Source of the DNA: Lytechinus pictus
Taxonomy: Eukaryota
Length of the DNA stretch: 64,000 nucleotides
Direction of reading: 5' to 3'
Assembly (NCBI RefSeq): GCF_037042905.1
Contig: NC_087250.1
Coordinates: forward strand, 20,462,001-20,526,000
Below are positions 40,217 through 53,387 of this stretch, one piece after another. The notes beneath the pieces are model-generated. The model saw only the letters and a list, made by a program, of their open reading frames with translations. It was not told where the DNA came from and made no database searches. The translations under genes were made by a program, and so were the position numbers. Position 1 is the stretch's first letter; each line of letters starts with the position of its first letter.

Positions 40217-40562
40217 TATGTAGAGAAGCCCATTGGAAGTTATAAGCCTTGATGTTACAAAAAAAATTGCACTCAGCAATAAGAAGAACATATTAAATCA
40301 CGTTTAATAAGGAATGAAAATATTATTGATTAATCTTTTAGAGAATATTCTTTATTGTCCGTTGACTAACTGGATTATGGTCTTTGCTCCAGGCTAGGAA
40401 TCTGGTTTAAGATCTGGTCTACTAGGTCCTTAGTGTAAGATAGACCTGTCAGTAATAGGTCCAGGGTGGGTCTACTGATTCGAAGTGTAGTTTGGAGAAT
40501 GGTCTTATTGTCTAGGACCCCTGTCTAAGACCTGATCTAGCAATGTCCTTGAGTATAAAGAC

Positions 40563-43500
40563 CTACCAGTAATAGGTCCAGGGTGGGTAGTAAGGATTCG
40601 GAGGATAGTTTGGGGTCTCAGGATAGGTCGGTGTATCAGGGTACGTTGGTTGATCGGGATACGTCGGTCTGTGTGGATAGTTCGGAGTCTCGACGGTCTT
40701 CTTCGGACTTTTACAAGCCCCAATTCTCATTCCGAATGGGTTCATGCTGTTCGTCGAAACCACTGTTCCGGTCTGTTTGTCCTGGCATTCGAGTCCCTCG
40801 GAGCACGTCCCCGCTGTCTTCCATGGTCCGCCGCATCTTTCATCTATTCCCTAAAGGTCAAAGGTCAATGTTTAAGGTTAAGGACAGGGATAGAGAAGTG
40901 CCTATAATAATAATGAACAATGATAATACATGCGATTTGTATATAGCACACTTTCCGTCTTGATTAGATGCTCAAGGCGCTTCAGAGCAGAACAATTAAC
41001 AAAAACAATTTACATATAATACATGTCTGAACAATAAATCAAAGTCTATCAAAAAGCACACTTATACAGGTATGTTTTCAGGTTGCCCTTGAAGGTGGTC
41101 ACTGAAGTCTGGGTTTTCAAACTATGTGGGAGAGAATTCCACAGGCTAGGCCCTGCACGAGCAAAGGCCTGTTCCCCACATGATTTCTTGGCAAGTGGAA
41201 TTTGTGAGAGATTAGATGATGATCATCTACGTAACGAGACGGCGAGAATATTGATCTCACAGTGCCGAATTATAGCATGTTTGCAAGTCGACGTGGCGAG
41301 ATATTTTCACTTCGCCAAGTCGATTTTATATCCTTGTTATGTTGAAATGATAAGATACATTGTCTTGCCAAGTCGACTTAAAAAAGGTTGTTTGTCGTCA
41401 TGGCGAAATAGCCTACTTGATAAATGTAATTCATCATGGCGACATTATATGTTCATAAAGTCCTCTTCGCAGGGCAATGTGTCTCATAATGTCGACATAC
41501 AAATTATCATAAGTCGACTTGACAAATATCCTATCTCACCATGTTGTCTACATGCAACTTTCCACGAGTCGACTACACAAGATATCATGTGTCGACACGA
41601 GATGTTTTATTAGCTGACTTGGACTTGGCAAGATAAACGTATCTTGCAATGTCGACATAATAATCTCTTTAAGCAAAATGACACTCTAAAGCTTCCGCAA
41701 ACAAGGCCTCGGACAGTGCTCCTTTTTTGTTACACTGCCAGAATACGGTAAAGGAGATCTCGCTCTGTGATGATTTACGAACACAGTAAATGTATTGTCA
41801 AATGTCCATCATGACAAAGAACGTCAGATAAATCTTTGTCGAAAATTGGTAATCAAATAAAAACGGCAATTTACTTCTTGATTCTTGAAGTCAGCTCTGA
41901 AACTTAAGACAAAACTGCTCATTTGGCTCACCAATCACACTGTTAGAAAATTTATCCTTAAAATAAAAGAAGTTCTTGCAGCAGAGTCTCGAGAACACAT
42001 GTAATCTTACCAGATTGCTTAATTTTACAGGAAATTGGTATTTGGTGTATGGAACCTTACAAAGTTCCTTCAAGAAAACAGTCTTCCCCTTTTTAAACAG
42101 ACCTGTTCTGTTAAATTGCAGAAAAATTCCTGTTTGATGAATTTACAGAATGATTCTGTTATAGCTATCTGCAAAAACTTCTTTTATTTTAAGTATAGAT
42201 TTTCTAACAGTGCATATTTCCGACCAATTTGGGGATGCTGTGTGTATAATTCTTCATAGTCAGCACCCCCATGTATCCTTGAAGATATGTAAAAATGAAA
42301 CAAAAATGTAACCAAAAAGACCTTCATTTTGCAGTGAAACCCTTTTTTTTTTACTATACAAAGTTCAAGAAACCAATTTTACGTCTATTTTGTAAAGATT
42401 TTTTTTTGTTTTTCCAATTTCTCCGTTTCAATTTGACTTCCATTTTGTAGTGAAATTTTTTTTTTTTTTGCTTTTCAAATTTACATTAGCACCCCACTTA
42501 AAATAATCTTTCACAGGGCCCTGAAGACCTCCCAGTGTTTGAATTGCTATTTTAAAAATAATTATAAACAAAGCGACATGTTATTTTTAGTCAGCTGACT
42601 TTGTTAATTTGACGAACATTTTCAGTATATATTTAATCCGTTCTTGATCCTCTGTGTGTCACAGAGCGAAAACTTCCTGATATCATTCACTCTTATTAAT
42701 AATAGTTGGGCAAAAAATGCCCGACTTTTACCCAACCCTGGGCAACAAACTGTCCACGCAACTATTGGTTAAAATCTGTCCAAATTGGGTAATAAAAACT
42801 AATAATTGGGTAATAAATTTGCTCAATTAGATAATAATTGCCCAGAAAATATATGTATTTTTTACAAACATATATTACCCAACACAGTGGACAGTATATT
42901 GCCCAACACGTTAAGTGTGTAGGCCTGTAAACGCGATGCCGTGCTGACATATCGAATAGCATAGAGGCCTTGGGAAGTAGAGTTATTAGGTAAGGACCTA
43001 ATAAGGTTCTATATGACATTTGCTCCGGTTACAATTGCTCCGATGAAAAATCTGCAAGATTATCCAAACATAAATCCTAGCCCCCAACACTAAATAAACC
43101 CTCATCTTAATATTTTCATTAGTCTGAACCAAAAAGTCTATTGCACTCCTAGCTATAACCCTATGCCCTCTGAGATATTACAAGACCTAAGCAAATGTCG
43201 CAGGAGCAAATGTTGTGTCACCCCTAAGGAGTCACCCCGCACCCCCCCCCCCCCTCCCTCCCCATTGTACTGTCGATTAGAATTTATCCTTGAAACGTTC
43301 TTAGGAATACCTAAAGATGCATATAGATCTTGGCTATCTAAAATCAAGAAAACTTGCATTCTCGGTATTTCTTTAACCAACCACATTCTTGGTTCAAATA
43401 CGAACCAAGCAACGGTTGGATAAAAAAAAGAGAATCTCAAGTGACATTGAAATAAATTTTGGTTTAACCAATAATTGATTAATAATTTAACCAACTTATA

Positions 43501-46500
43501 GGATGGTTAAAAAACATGGGACCTTTGGCAACTCCATGGTAGATGGCGCAATTCAATATGTCAAATACATTGAAGCAAAATTTACTTATTAAAATGCACA
43601 AACCCTTCAGAAGGCTAAACTCTTTCTTAGCATTTCATACCTTTTCACCTTAATTCTCTCCCCCCCCCCCATTTCCAATCAATCTTAACAATTAATATAA
43701 ACGCATAGGTTTGGTCATCCGTTACCGCCTCCCCCCCCCCCCTTGTTTGCGAATATTGAGAGATTTGAGGTACATTTTGTTAATCAATTTATATTGTAAT
43801 ATGAATTGGTGAAACGCTTGTAATACCTGCGGTTTTGTTTTTAAAAAAATTGAAGATTAAGATTATCAATCACTTTAATCTTACTCGCTAGGATTAGCGG
43901 ATTAAGTCAGATTTGCTTTCAAAGTACATTGTAATGATTTGTTGTTCGAATAATTACAAATGATCAGTGAGTTTGATGGCTAATGAACTTGGATAGATGT
44001 TTCAACCGGTATTACTCCGTATTACTCTGACAGAGGTTTCAGCAAATTAGTGGCAAAATGAAACAAAATTGAATTGGCGGAAAAAATAAGCATTTTAAAA
44101 TACAAGGTACTCCAAAAAGAACAGTAAAAGAAAACTACAAATTTCATCCAATCAAAATAAGTCAAATATTTGTAACATTTCAGTCAAATCTTTTTGTAGC
44201 CATATAGATATATCTCTAGGGTTGAAACTCACCGGTGTTTTGTTAAAGTAATGTTCGAATTGCCCTTTTTAAACTAGTTATCCAAATTGCTGAGAGGGGG
44301 CGCTTTGTGTTTTTAGAATAAAATTCCAATTTTGATGGAGAATCAACGAATGGTTCAAGGGAGATTGAATAGTAACTGTTTTGACAGATTGGAATGTTAT
44401 AAATCATTTTAATATATTTTATATTTATTTCCCAAACTCCTTTCAAAGTGTACAGTCTTGCTCATAGCGTAATCAACGTGGAGTGTACATGACAAATCTC
44501 GTACAAGTCCCCAGCGAGCAAAGAGCAACATTTTTTTAAAACAAAAATCTGCTTTTGTTATAGAATTGGGCATATATATTGAAAAACAATAACATCATAT
44601 TTTACCCTTTTCTCATGTTTCCCTTGTTTTATAATTCTCTTTTTTTTTGGTCGTGGAAGTTTGTTTTGGGGGTGGGCCGTGGCCCCAAAGCCCCAACCCC
44701 GTTCCGGATCTGTACACCAGCTGTAGGGGATCAAGGTTGGAGGAAATATGGCCCGTGCCCCCCCCCCCCCCCTTGAGAGCCATAAAACAAAGTTCACGAT
44801 TCTCTTTTTTTTTGGTCGTGGAACTTTGTTGTTAGTGGAAAATGTCGTGCATTCGAAAGTGTAGACCTGTTTTTCCTTTATTTTTTTTTATTTCTTAACA
44901 AAATTGCCCCTCCCTGGATTCTCCCCTTGAGGAAGACACAAGAGAGAGAGAGGGAGGGAGGGGGTATTTACCTTAGAACATATTTGACAGCAACCGCATG
45001 CATCTAGTATAGATCGTTGGCCTGTTGGGGGTTGGGGCTTCCCCAGGGAGGGATAAGAGAAATAGAGGGGGTGGGGGTATTTACCTGAGAACGTATACTT
45101 GACAGCAACCGCATGCATCTTGGACAAGTCGTTGGCCTGTTGGGGTTTGGGGCTTCCCCAGGGAGGGATAAGAGAGAGAGGGGGTGGGGGTATTTACCTG
45201 AGAACATACTCGACAGCAACCGCATGCATCTAGGATAAGTCGTTGGCATGACGGGGGTTGGAAGAGAGAGGGGGATGGGGGTATTTACCTGAGAACATAC
45301 TTGACAGCAACCGAATGCATCTAGGACAGGTCGTTGGCCTGTTGGGGGCTGGGGCTTCCCCAGGGAGGGATAAGAGAGAGGGGGTGGGTATTTACCTGAG
45401 AACATACTTGACAGCAACCGAAGGCATCTAGGACAGGTCGTTGGCCTGTTGGGGGTTGGGGCTTCCCCAGGAAGGGAAAAGAGAGAGAGAGGGGGGGGGG
45501 CGGGGTTATTTATCTGAGAACATACTGACAGCAACCGCATGCATCTTGGACAAGTCGTTGGCATGTTGGGGGTTGGGGCTTCCCCAGGGAAGGATAAGAA
45601 TGAGATGGGGTGGGGTATTTACCTGAGAACATACTTGACAGCAACCGCATGCATCTAGGACAGGTTGTTTGCCTGGTGGACATGATGGGGGTTGGGGCTT
45701 CCCCGGGCATCTGGCATTTGGGAGTTCACTCCAACATGGACAGCTCAGTCCCTGGCAGCTGATTAAATAGATAAGCATTTCTTTAAGGACAAGTACAACC
45801 TGGTAATCGGGATGATTAGTTGGTTTTAATTAAAATAAATAGAGAAAAGATATTGTTAAGGTCGTAGGAAAATCCGTCATAGAATGACGAAGTTATGAAT
45901 TTCAGAATTTTTTTATTAATTATTATTTTGTGACTTAACTGATGAGCGAGGAGCTCCTCTCTTGTGTGATGTAAAGTCCCCAAAATGCAATTAAAAAATG
46001 ACAGCGAAAGTCAGCGATTATATTTCTTGCGATGAAAATCGGCCTGCATGTATATATCATCAGATACATCATCAAATACTAGTATATCATAATTTTTATT
46101 TATTTATTTATTTATTGGTATATATGCACATAAAAATTGACCAGCAGCACAAGCTGAAAGGGTGCATTACATACTAATAATCCATTTAAAAGGGGAATTT
46201 ATCGCACATGATATTTTGGAAAACTCCTTGCATATGACGTCACGTTACAAAGTTTTTTTAGATAATCAAAACTCTCAAATTCTTTGATGAATTTTCACCA
46301 AACCTTCTTGAATATAATTCTTTAATTTTCTGCTTTTATCAAAACCACCTAATCGCCACGGTGAACTGCCTCTTCAATTCACTATTTGGTCGACTGATTC
46401 ACGCAAATTTTTGATAATTGATTTAAAAAAAAAGTAAAAGGCAAACTAATTTGAAAGATGCTATTGTGAACTTGGAGAGTACCTTGTTTATGAAGTTCCA

Positions 46501-46940
46501 CTCACATTTCTTTATGACTGAATAAATGAATAATAATAAATAGCTCCAGGAATTATCAAATAACCAATCATAGTAATGTTTCTCTCTAAAAATCGTCTGA
46601 AGAATAAAATAGATTTTAGAATGATTTTTTTTTTCAAAGTGACACTTTCTTCCTCTATGTCAGGTAGGGCTGCATAATTATTTCACTTTCTTCATAATAA
46701 CCAATCTCTAAATAATGGATAATCATGGTGGATATTAAAACCTTATTTTGATTGTTTTCCCCATATTTGTATTATTCGAGATTTTCTTTTTTCCTGAAAC
46801 TAAAAAAATAAATTTTGCAGTTAAAATCATTTTGGTGTTTATATGTGTGAAGAAAAAGAACTATTATTTAGGGATAATACTTACTTCTCAATGACCGCAA
46901 TTACAACCGTCAGTGCTAGTAGTTTTAGTTTTGCAGCCAT
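40563..46940 (-). CDS. Secreted single IGFBP-N-domain protein, paralog C, with Tyr/Pro-repeat tail (isoform 3a)
   Basis: Exons 46940-46885 (MAAKLKLLALTVVIAVIE, phase 2), 45758-45623 (NCQGLSCPCWSELPNARC...SCPPGKQPVLDACGCCQVCSQ, phase 0) and 40850-40563 (GIDERCGGPWKTAGTCSEGLEC...GACKSPKK...PNYP/PTYP repeats...PWTYYW*). AATAAA at ~40351; probable 5'UTR donor at ~47485. Confidence 0.9.
41938..42212. mobile_element. CACTG-ended MITE (uninterrupted copy)
   Basis: CA|CACTGTTAGAAAA...TTTTCTAACAGTG|CA with a 2-bp TSD. Confidence 0.8.
44940..45622 (-). repeat. Tandem array (6 extra units, 91-118 bp) derived from the 3' half of gene C exon 2 plus its splice donor
   Basis: Each unit repeats ...GATGCATGCGGTTGCTGTCAAGTATGTTCTCAG|GTAAATACC. 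Donor-equivalents at 45513 (GT>AT), 45395, 45288, 45197, 45084 and 44971. Confidence 0.9.
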
Positions 46941-49900
46941 CTTTGAACTCTGTGTTGGATGATTAAAAAAAACCATTAACAACAATTGTCGTACCAATTA
47001 ATGGTGTTCACATATGGGGTGAAGTACTAACCCTAGAAATTAAACAGAAATAGAATTACGGTGACGACGCGTGGGCAAAAGATGCACGAGAAATTAATAA
47101 AAAAAGTATATTCATTGGAAAAGGAATATAAAGAAAGAAGTATAAAACGGAGTGATCTTGATCATATAACATTATAATATCACCATGATCATGATAATTA
47201 GTCAATATGTTTTTTTTAATATGTCGTCATATTTCGCCTTGCCTCTCATATATCCCATGTGCCGCCAATGATTAGTCTGCAGGCACAGACCCTCATTGAA
47301 ACCTTGATCAACAAGTGGGTTTCCACGCAAAGACTAACACATACAAAACTTGCTGTTGAGAGAGGGCCTTCAGTACACAAAAGGCATCAGTAGGCTGCAC
47401 ATTCAGACCCTTAACTCGAGTCAAGGGTTTGCACAGCAGACTAGCAAATGAATTAAATAGAGTAATTGAGATATTGAAAACTCACCTTCTTACTCCGATA
47501 GTCTACAAACAAAGCAATGTGAATTGCGTGAGGTATCCCTATCTATCAGCTAGCTGCATTCGACGAACTGCAGTTGTCTACGCATCCGATCCCTTTCGCA
47601 TACTAAAAGGCAGGAAAGTGCATTACGCATTTATGTACCAGTGTAAAATCAAACGTTAATGCTGCACGTGATTAGAATTAAATCCATATGGATTAATACA
47701 TCTCTCACTTGTATTAATCGTGGTTAGACGTCTGTCAACACTTTTAGTCTCGAAGATTATCTCTGCCTTTTTTCGTGGAAATTTCAGGATTGTGTAATCA
47801 GAGGAAGGCGAATGACCTGTACTTTTCATTTTTGTGCATATATAGACTATTTGTAAATAAAGGTTTATTCCACCCCAGTAAATGTTGATTTGAATCAAAA
47901 GAGAAAAATCAAACTAGCATAAATCTGAAAATTTCAAATCAGAATGTAAAATAAGAAAAATATGCAATTTTAAAGTTTTGCTTATTTTTTTTACAAAACA
48001 TAACTCAGTATGTATGATATGCAAATGTAAGAGTCGATGATGCCTCTCACTCTTTCTTTTTTTTTTTTAGTTTGAAGTAAGGATTTTTATTTATTTTTAC
48101 AATAATGACCAACTTGACTGAACCACAAAATAATTAAACAATGACAATTCCATATGGCATGTGTTCAGGAATACCTTGTTTGAATTTATTTTGGTTTTAT
48201 TTCATTAATTTCTATATCCATTTTTTGTTTGAACATACAAATAACAAAAACATAAATACAAAATACAATTCCACTGGTGGATCCAGGGGGGGGGGGCACA
48301 TCTGGTCCATGCCTTCCCCCTTGAGAGGCATAATAAACATTTACAATGTAAATTTGCCGTTCTAACACAAATGTGCCCCCCCCTTGAAAACGAGGACCAT
48401 TTTTTTCTTGCTTGTCAAATTTTCCGTGGACGAAAATGACCTTAAATTTGGGTGAAAACATTTTTTAAAATTCATATTTCATACAATATAATACAAAATA
48501 AGTGGAGAGTAGGTGATGCCATCAGTCCCCCACAATAGGAGCACGGCGTAAATATAACTGTTTTTTAATTAAGTGATTGTAAAGCATTTCGTAACTTTCT
48601 TATTTCACATCCGATTTTGATGAACTTTGATGCTTGTGTCATTTTACACTTTTTATTCAACCCAACTGCCTCTTGGATTGGACTTGCCCTTTAGATATTC
48701 TAATTCGCTCTATTTTAAAAGGTGGCATGTAGACAAAACGTACTTAATGAATAGAAGCCTGCAATGATTGGGTGTAATTGCATGTGCGGTGGTTGATGAA
48801 TTTCGATTGGAAGGGGGACAGAGTTTGCCAACCATATTTTTTTCCAATCGAAGAAATAAACAAATTATTAAAAAGAGAATGAAAATAGGGAAAGGATAAA
48901 AAAAATTGGGGCGAAAAAAAGAAAAGAAAATGGAATTTGTTTTGGCTTGGTCTTGTAAATATCTCTATATTAAAGGAGCCCCTTTAATAAAAGGGAAGTT
49001 TTGAAGAATTTAAGGGGCAAGCCCCCCCCCCCCATCCCGCCCTGTTTATAATAATGGCCCGATGCCAAGCTTCTCATTATCACGTGATTACGATGACCAT
49101 GATAGTAACAAAGACAGGAAATTAACTAATTAAAATTATAATTAGCAATTAAGTTTGCGGTAGAAAACTTGAGCCATTTCGATTTTGAAATAAATCACAA
49201 TTGAGAGAGATAGCCGGTTTTAAACACCTCTATCTTGCACTTTTTAAAGTCTATTTTTAAGCCCCCCCCCCTACCGATCCGACATTGGGTCTGCAATATA
49301 TTCGTTTTAAATAAAATGTTTTTTTTAAGATACACTATTTCAAATGTTTCATATATTTCGTATATTAAGGGAAATTGTGAACGCCCCCCATAAAAAGGGG
49401 CGGATGAAGTAAGCGGGTGTTTATGGGAGATTTACCCCTCCCCCGAAAAAAAAACTCCGCAATGATTAAAATTGTATCAAATTATATAAGATGAGAATCA
49501 TAAATGCATAAAAGTGTGGAATTTTGGTTCATCGCACAATTCAGGTGATTGTATCAATATTATATAAACATTTAATGTTATTGATGAACACGCTACAATT
49601 AAGATGGTGAGAAAAAAATATCTTAGCATGCTCCTGATTCTCAGGGGAGCGTCTGATGAAATGACCTGTCAGACGTTTAATCCGACAGTTACCATGGTAG
49701 CAGTGCTTCACAGCCAATCAAAATCAAGGAACTTTGTCAGATCTGACAACGCGTTAAAGCAAAATATTTATGAAATTATCCCCATTCATCATAAATTTCC
49801 AAATGCAACACGATTTAGTGGAATAATTAAGAGTAAAGTGTTGGAAGAATAATGGGAAATAATAATAATCGTGAGATTTCCGTTATACATTGAACGTACT

Positions 49901-50275
49901 TAAGACAACATGATTATACCAGGGGCGAATCCAGGAATTTCCAGGGGGGGCATTGTATACAGAAAAAAACTAAGCCTCAAGAAAGCTAGGCTTCACTCCA
50001 AATTAATGGTGATGATGAATGAAATATTTGACAAGCAAACAAAATAAATAAATAAAGGGGGGGGGGGGTCCTCACTTGCGTATGCACAACATATCCCCTT
50101 ACAAAGATTTGTTATGGCTCTCAAGGGGGGGGGGGGCGTTGTGCCCCTTCCTGTAACCGCCATGGACTCGTACATTCACAAGTACGACACCAACTAGAAA
50201 CCAATCGATAGTAGGTCATTGGTAATAGCGTTTTACATTTGGTTAATTTGGAGTTGATTTTGCCTCGATCTATGT

Positions 50276-50454
50276 CAGGGGCCGCGGAACGGTTTTCAAA
50301 GTGGGGGGGGGGGGGGGGCTGAGCCAAAAGTGGGGGGCTGACCATGCTAAAAATCACAATCATATGGTAATTTTTACGTTTTTGTACACGGTTTTGAAAA
50401 AAAGTGGGGGGCTGAAGCCCCCCCCCCCCAGCCCCCCCGGTTCCGCGGCCCCTG
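50276..50454. mobile_element. MITE with CAGGGGCCGCGG TIRs and 5-bp TSD (hAT5-like)
   Basis: TATGT|CAGGGGCCGCGGAAC...GTTCCGCGGCCCCTG|TATGT. Confidence 0.85.
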
Positions 50455-50913
50455 TATGTGACTGTGAAAAAAGGGTGATCGACGCACTTTTTTGGGTTCA
50501 AGGGCTGTTGAAAATATAACCTCTGTTGTGCGATTATCCTTATAATTAATTCATTCTCATCAAGTAAATTCATTGTGCGAACTGGTAGATTTACAGCAAG
50601 GTTCTGCCGTGGATATACTTTATACATGGAAAATGTTGATTATATGGGGCGTCGATACGGGGGGGGGGGGGGGCGGAGTCAGTGCTGGGTAGTGGGTACC
50701 CCCTGAGAAAAGTGATATGTGAAAAGTGAATGTGTTCTCTTTCTTCCCCCTGTGCACCATAGTAATGACACCAAAACCCAGCTCCACACATTTATTTTAT
50801 ATTTCATTCGCAACCTTCACACAACCCGCCAAAAACTCCTCAGCAACTTCACCAGCTCTAACAACTCTTAGGAAGTGTTTACATTTTTCAACTGTTACCA
50901 GCGATCTCCGACC

Positions 50914-51408
50914 TTAAAGGGGAAGTTCACCCTGACAAAAAGTTTATTGTAAAAATAGCAGAACAAATAGTAAAAAATATTGCCGAAGGTTTGAGAAAAA
51001 TTCATCAAATAATTAAAAAGTTATTAGAATTTCAATTATTTGATTTGTGACGTCATATGCGAGCAGCATTCCTACATAGCGAATGGTAAAAAATCAATGA
51101 AATGTCATTTTCTCAGAAAATTGAAAATGGTTTTCACTGTACCTTTTGTATATCAATAGACAAATCATTTCACACCCGATCATGAATAGAAAACAAAATT
51201 AAGTCATCAGGAACCATGCAAAATTTGAAATTCATGCATTTTATATTACATAACACATGGGGCAGCTGCTCGTTTATGACGTCACAAATCCAAAACTTTG
51301 AACTCTAATAACTTTCTTACTCTTTAACGCATTTTCCTCAAACCTTCACCAATAATTTTTATTATTTTTTCTGCTATTTTTACAACAAAGTTTTTTTCAG
51401 GGTGAACG
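50914..51408. mobile_element. Kolobok-like MITE
   Basis: TTAAAGGGGAAGTTCACCCTG...CAGGGTGAAC with long inverted arms. Confidence 0.7.
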
Positions 51409-52912
51409 GAGGAAGGATACAAGAGAGATAGTGCACAAAGTTGAAATAATGAATTAAGAAAAAAAAGGGGGAAAAAATAAGAAGTCTAGGTCATGGAACT
51501 ATCAACTCTCAATCAAGAGGAAAAATGACGAAAGGAGCTGCGGACAAGGGGGGGGGGGGGCGGCGAACAATTTTTTTTGATATTGTGTTTTTTATGCAGT
51601 TTCAGCAGCAACTCCAGTCTCACAAAATTCGAAATAATTTATGTAAAATTATAAAAATCCTCTGTCGAATATTCCTGTTTGGACTATAGAGGGCTAGGGC
51701 TTTATACAAAACGAGAATTGCACGCACAACGATTCTGTTGGAAATAAGTGAACACTCTTTACTTGTTTTTCACTTGTGTAGACCTTCCGTAAGTATTCAT
51801 TGCTTGATTATATTAGAAGAAAATACTTGTGAACGTTCTTCGAATTAATTCAATGTGAGAGAGAGTTTTAAGAGTGCTTGACTGCTTTTGTGTACGGCTG
51901 TACCCTTTGGCTTTGCTTTTAATGATAATATCCCGCCTGCGCAGTGTTCCTTTCGACCGGCTTCGGTCCGACGTGTTGAAATTTATGTCATGTGAAATTA
52001 ACTATATAATCTAGGAGTTAGGACAAGAGTCCGACTCAAGGCAGCTAATCAATGCTATTGTTCGATGTTATTATGGATTTATCCTTGTTGCCTTGCCCTT
52101 TATTGTGATGCAGTTAAAGTAATCAGTGTCTGAAGCCAAACTGGAAAATTTCTGTCATTAAAAACGGGCTGATTTACTCAGAAAAAAAATGGCACTCTTT
52201 TTTTTTTTACGGGAAGTTTTTTCATTTTAATTTCAGCCCAAGTCGAGGTTAGCACAGCCAGGACTCAGGCTCCTGAATATTTTGCCAAGTTGTTATATAT
52301 CACTTCATTTGCAAGTCTTTACATCAAAGTAATACAAAGTCAATTATAATATAGGCCTACATTTTTTAGTTTAATGGGAAATGCAGGGCAATAAAATTCA
52401 CTATACAGAAGAAAAAAAGTCATAAAGTTGCTCCAAAATATATGTTTTCTTTTGGGTTTTGAGCCCAATTTTAAACAGGTAGGACAACGGAAAAAAACGA
52501 AACACCATTACTACTAAAAAACTTTACCTTAATATATTCTTTATTAGCATGATTGTCAAAGACATTGCTCAAAGCTTACGTCAAAATTTCCTAAATAGTG
52601 AAAAATAAGGCTTAAATACTCCATAAAATGCGCCTGGAAATGCATGTAAGTTAGCATTTGGCCCATCCCCTTAGGCTATACTGTGTGGGTTAGTGGCTGA
52701 AAATAAGCATTTTAAAGTCTTTATGCTGACCTGGCTCTGTTTGAGCCTCTGGGGAGCTGTGGAAACATGTCACATTGATAGATAATCAACTTGGCTGCCA
52801 GAAAATATGAAGATGTCGCTACATGTAACTACATTGTTCACTCAAAATATAGAATGAAAATTTGAGGCCAATTCACCTATTGATATTTCGGACACATGTC
52901 TACAGCACCAAT

Positions 52913-53075
52913 CAGGGGCCCATTTCATAAAGGACTTGCAACTGTTGTAACTTTGCCATAATGGCAACTACAATGGTAACAGGGCTCAGCAGCCAATCAT
53001 AATCAAGGTTACCACGGTAATTGCCATAATGGCAAAGTTGCACCAGTTGCAAGTCCTTTATGAAACGGGCCCCTG
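52913..53075. mobile_element. Palindromic MITE (CAGGGGCCC family)
   Basis: CAGGGGCCCATTTCATAAAGGACTTGCAAC...GTTGCAAGTCCTTTATGAAACGGGCCCCTG. Confidence 0.8.
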
Positions 53076-53387
53076 GTGCCATTGTCTACCCTTTAATTTA
53101 TAGTCTAAAATAAATGGGCTACAATACCATTTGGACCCTGTTGGCACTAAAGAGTCATATTTTTAAATAATATTAAACATAAAAAACTTGAAAATGTTAA
53201 AAGTAGAGGAGCGTTTACCTGTACTAACAGTCTGTTATTGTCGCCACCTTGCCTAGCCGTCTTTGTTATCGTAGCCTAACTACATGATGCGTATAGACAG
53301 TGACAATATCATGACATGAGCAGTGCTAACTTAGATAAAAAAGATACTTGCATCGGCCGATAAATATCATGAATACTACCTTAAATG

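Noticed and set aside
41083..41613. 176-aa ORF in a gene C intron
   Set aside because: It spans a repeat-like tail fragment and a GTCGAC-rich repeat, has a non-ATG start and shows no recognisable domain.
45004..45564. 186-aa Cys/Pro repeat ORF as a multi-domain protein
   Set aside because: It drifts between frames across repeat units of non-triplet length; a by-product of the intronic array.
51780..52000. Possible SF3A1 promoter or first exon
   Set aside because: Only a small CpG-richer patch and one donor-like GTAAGT; not enough to assign without transcript data.
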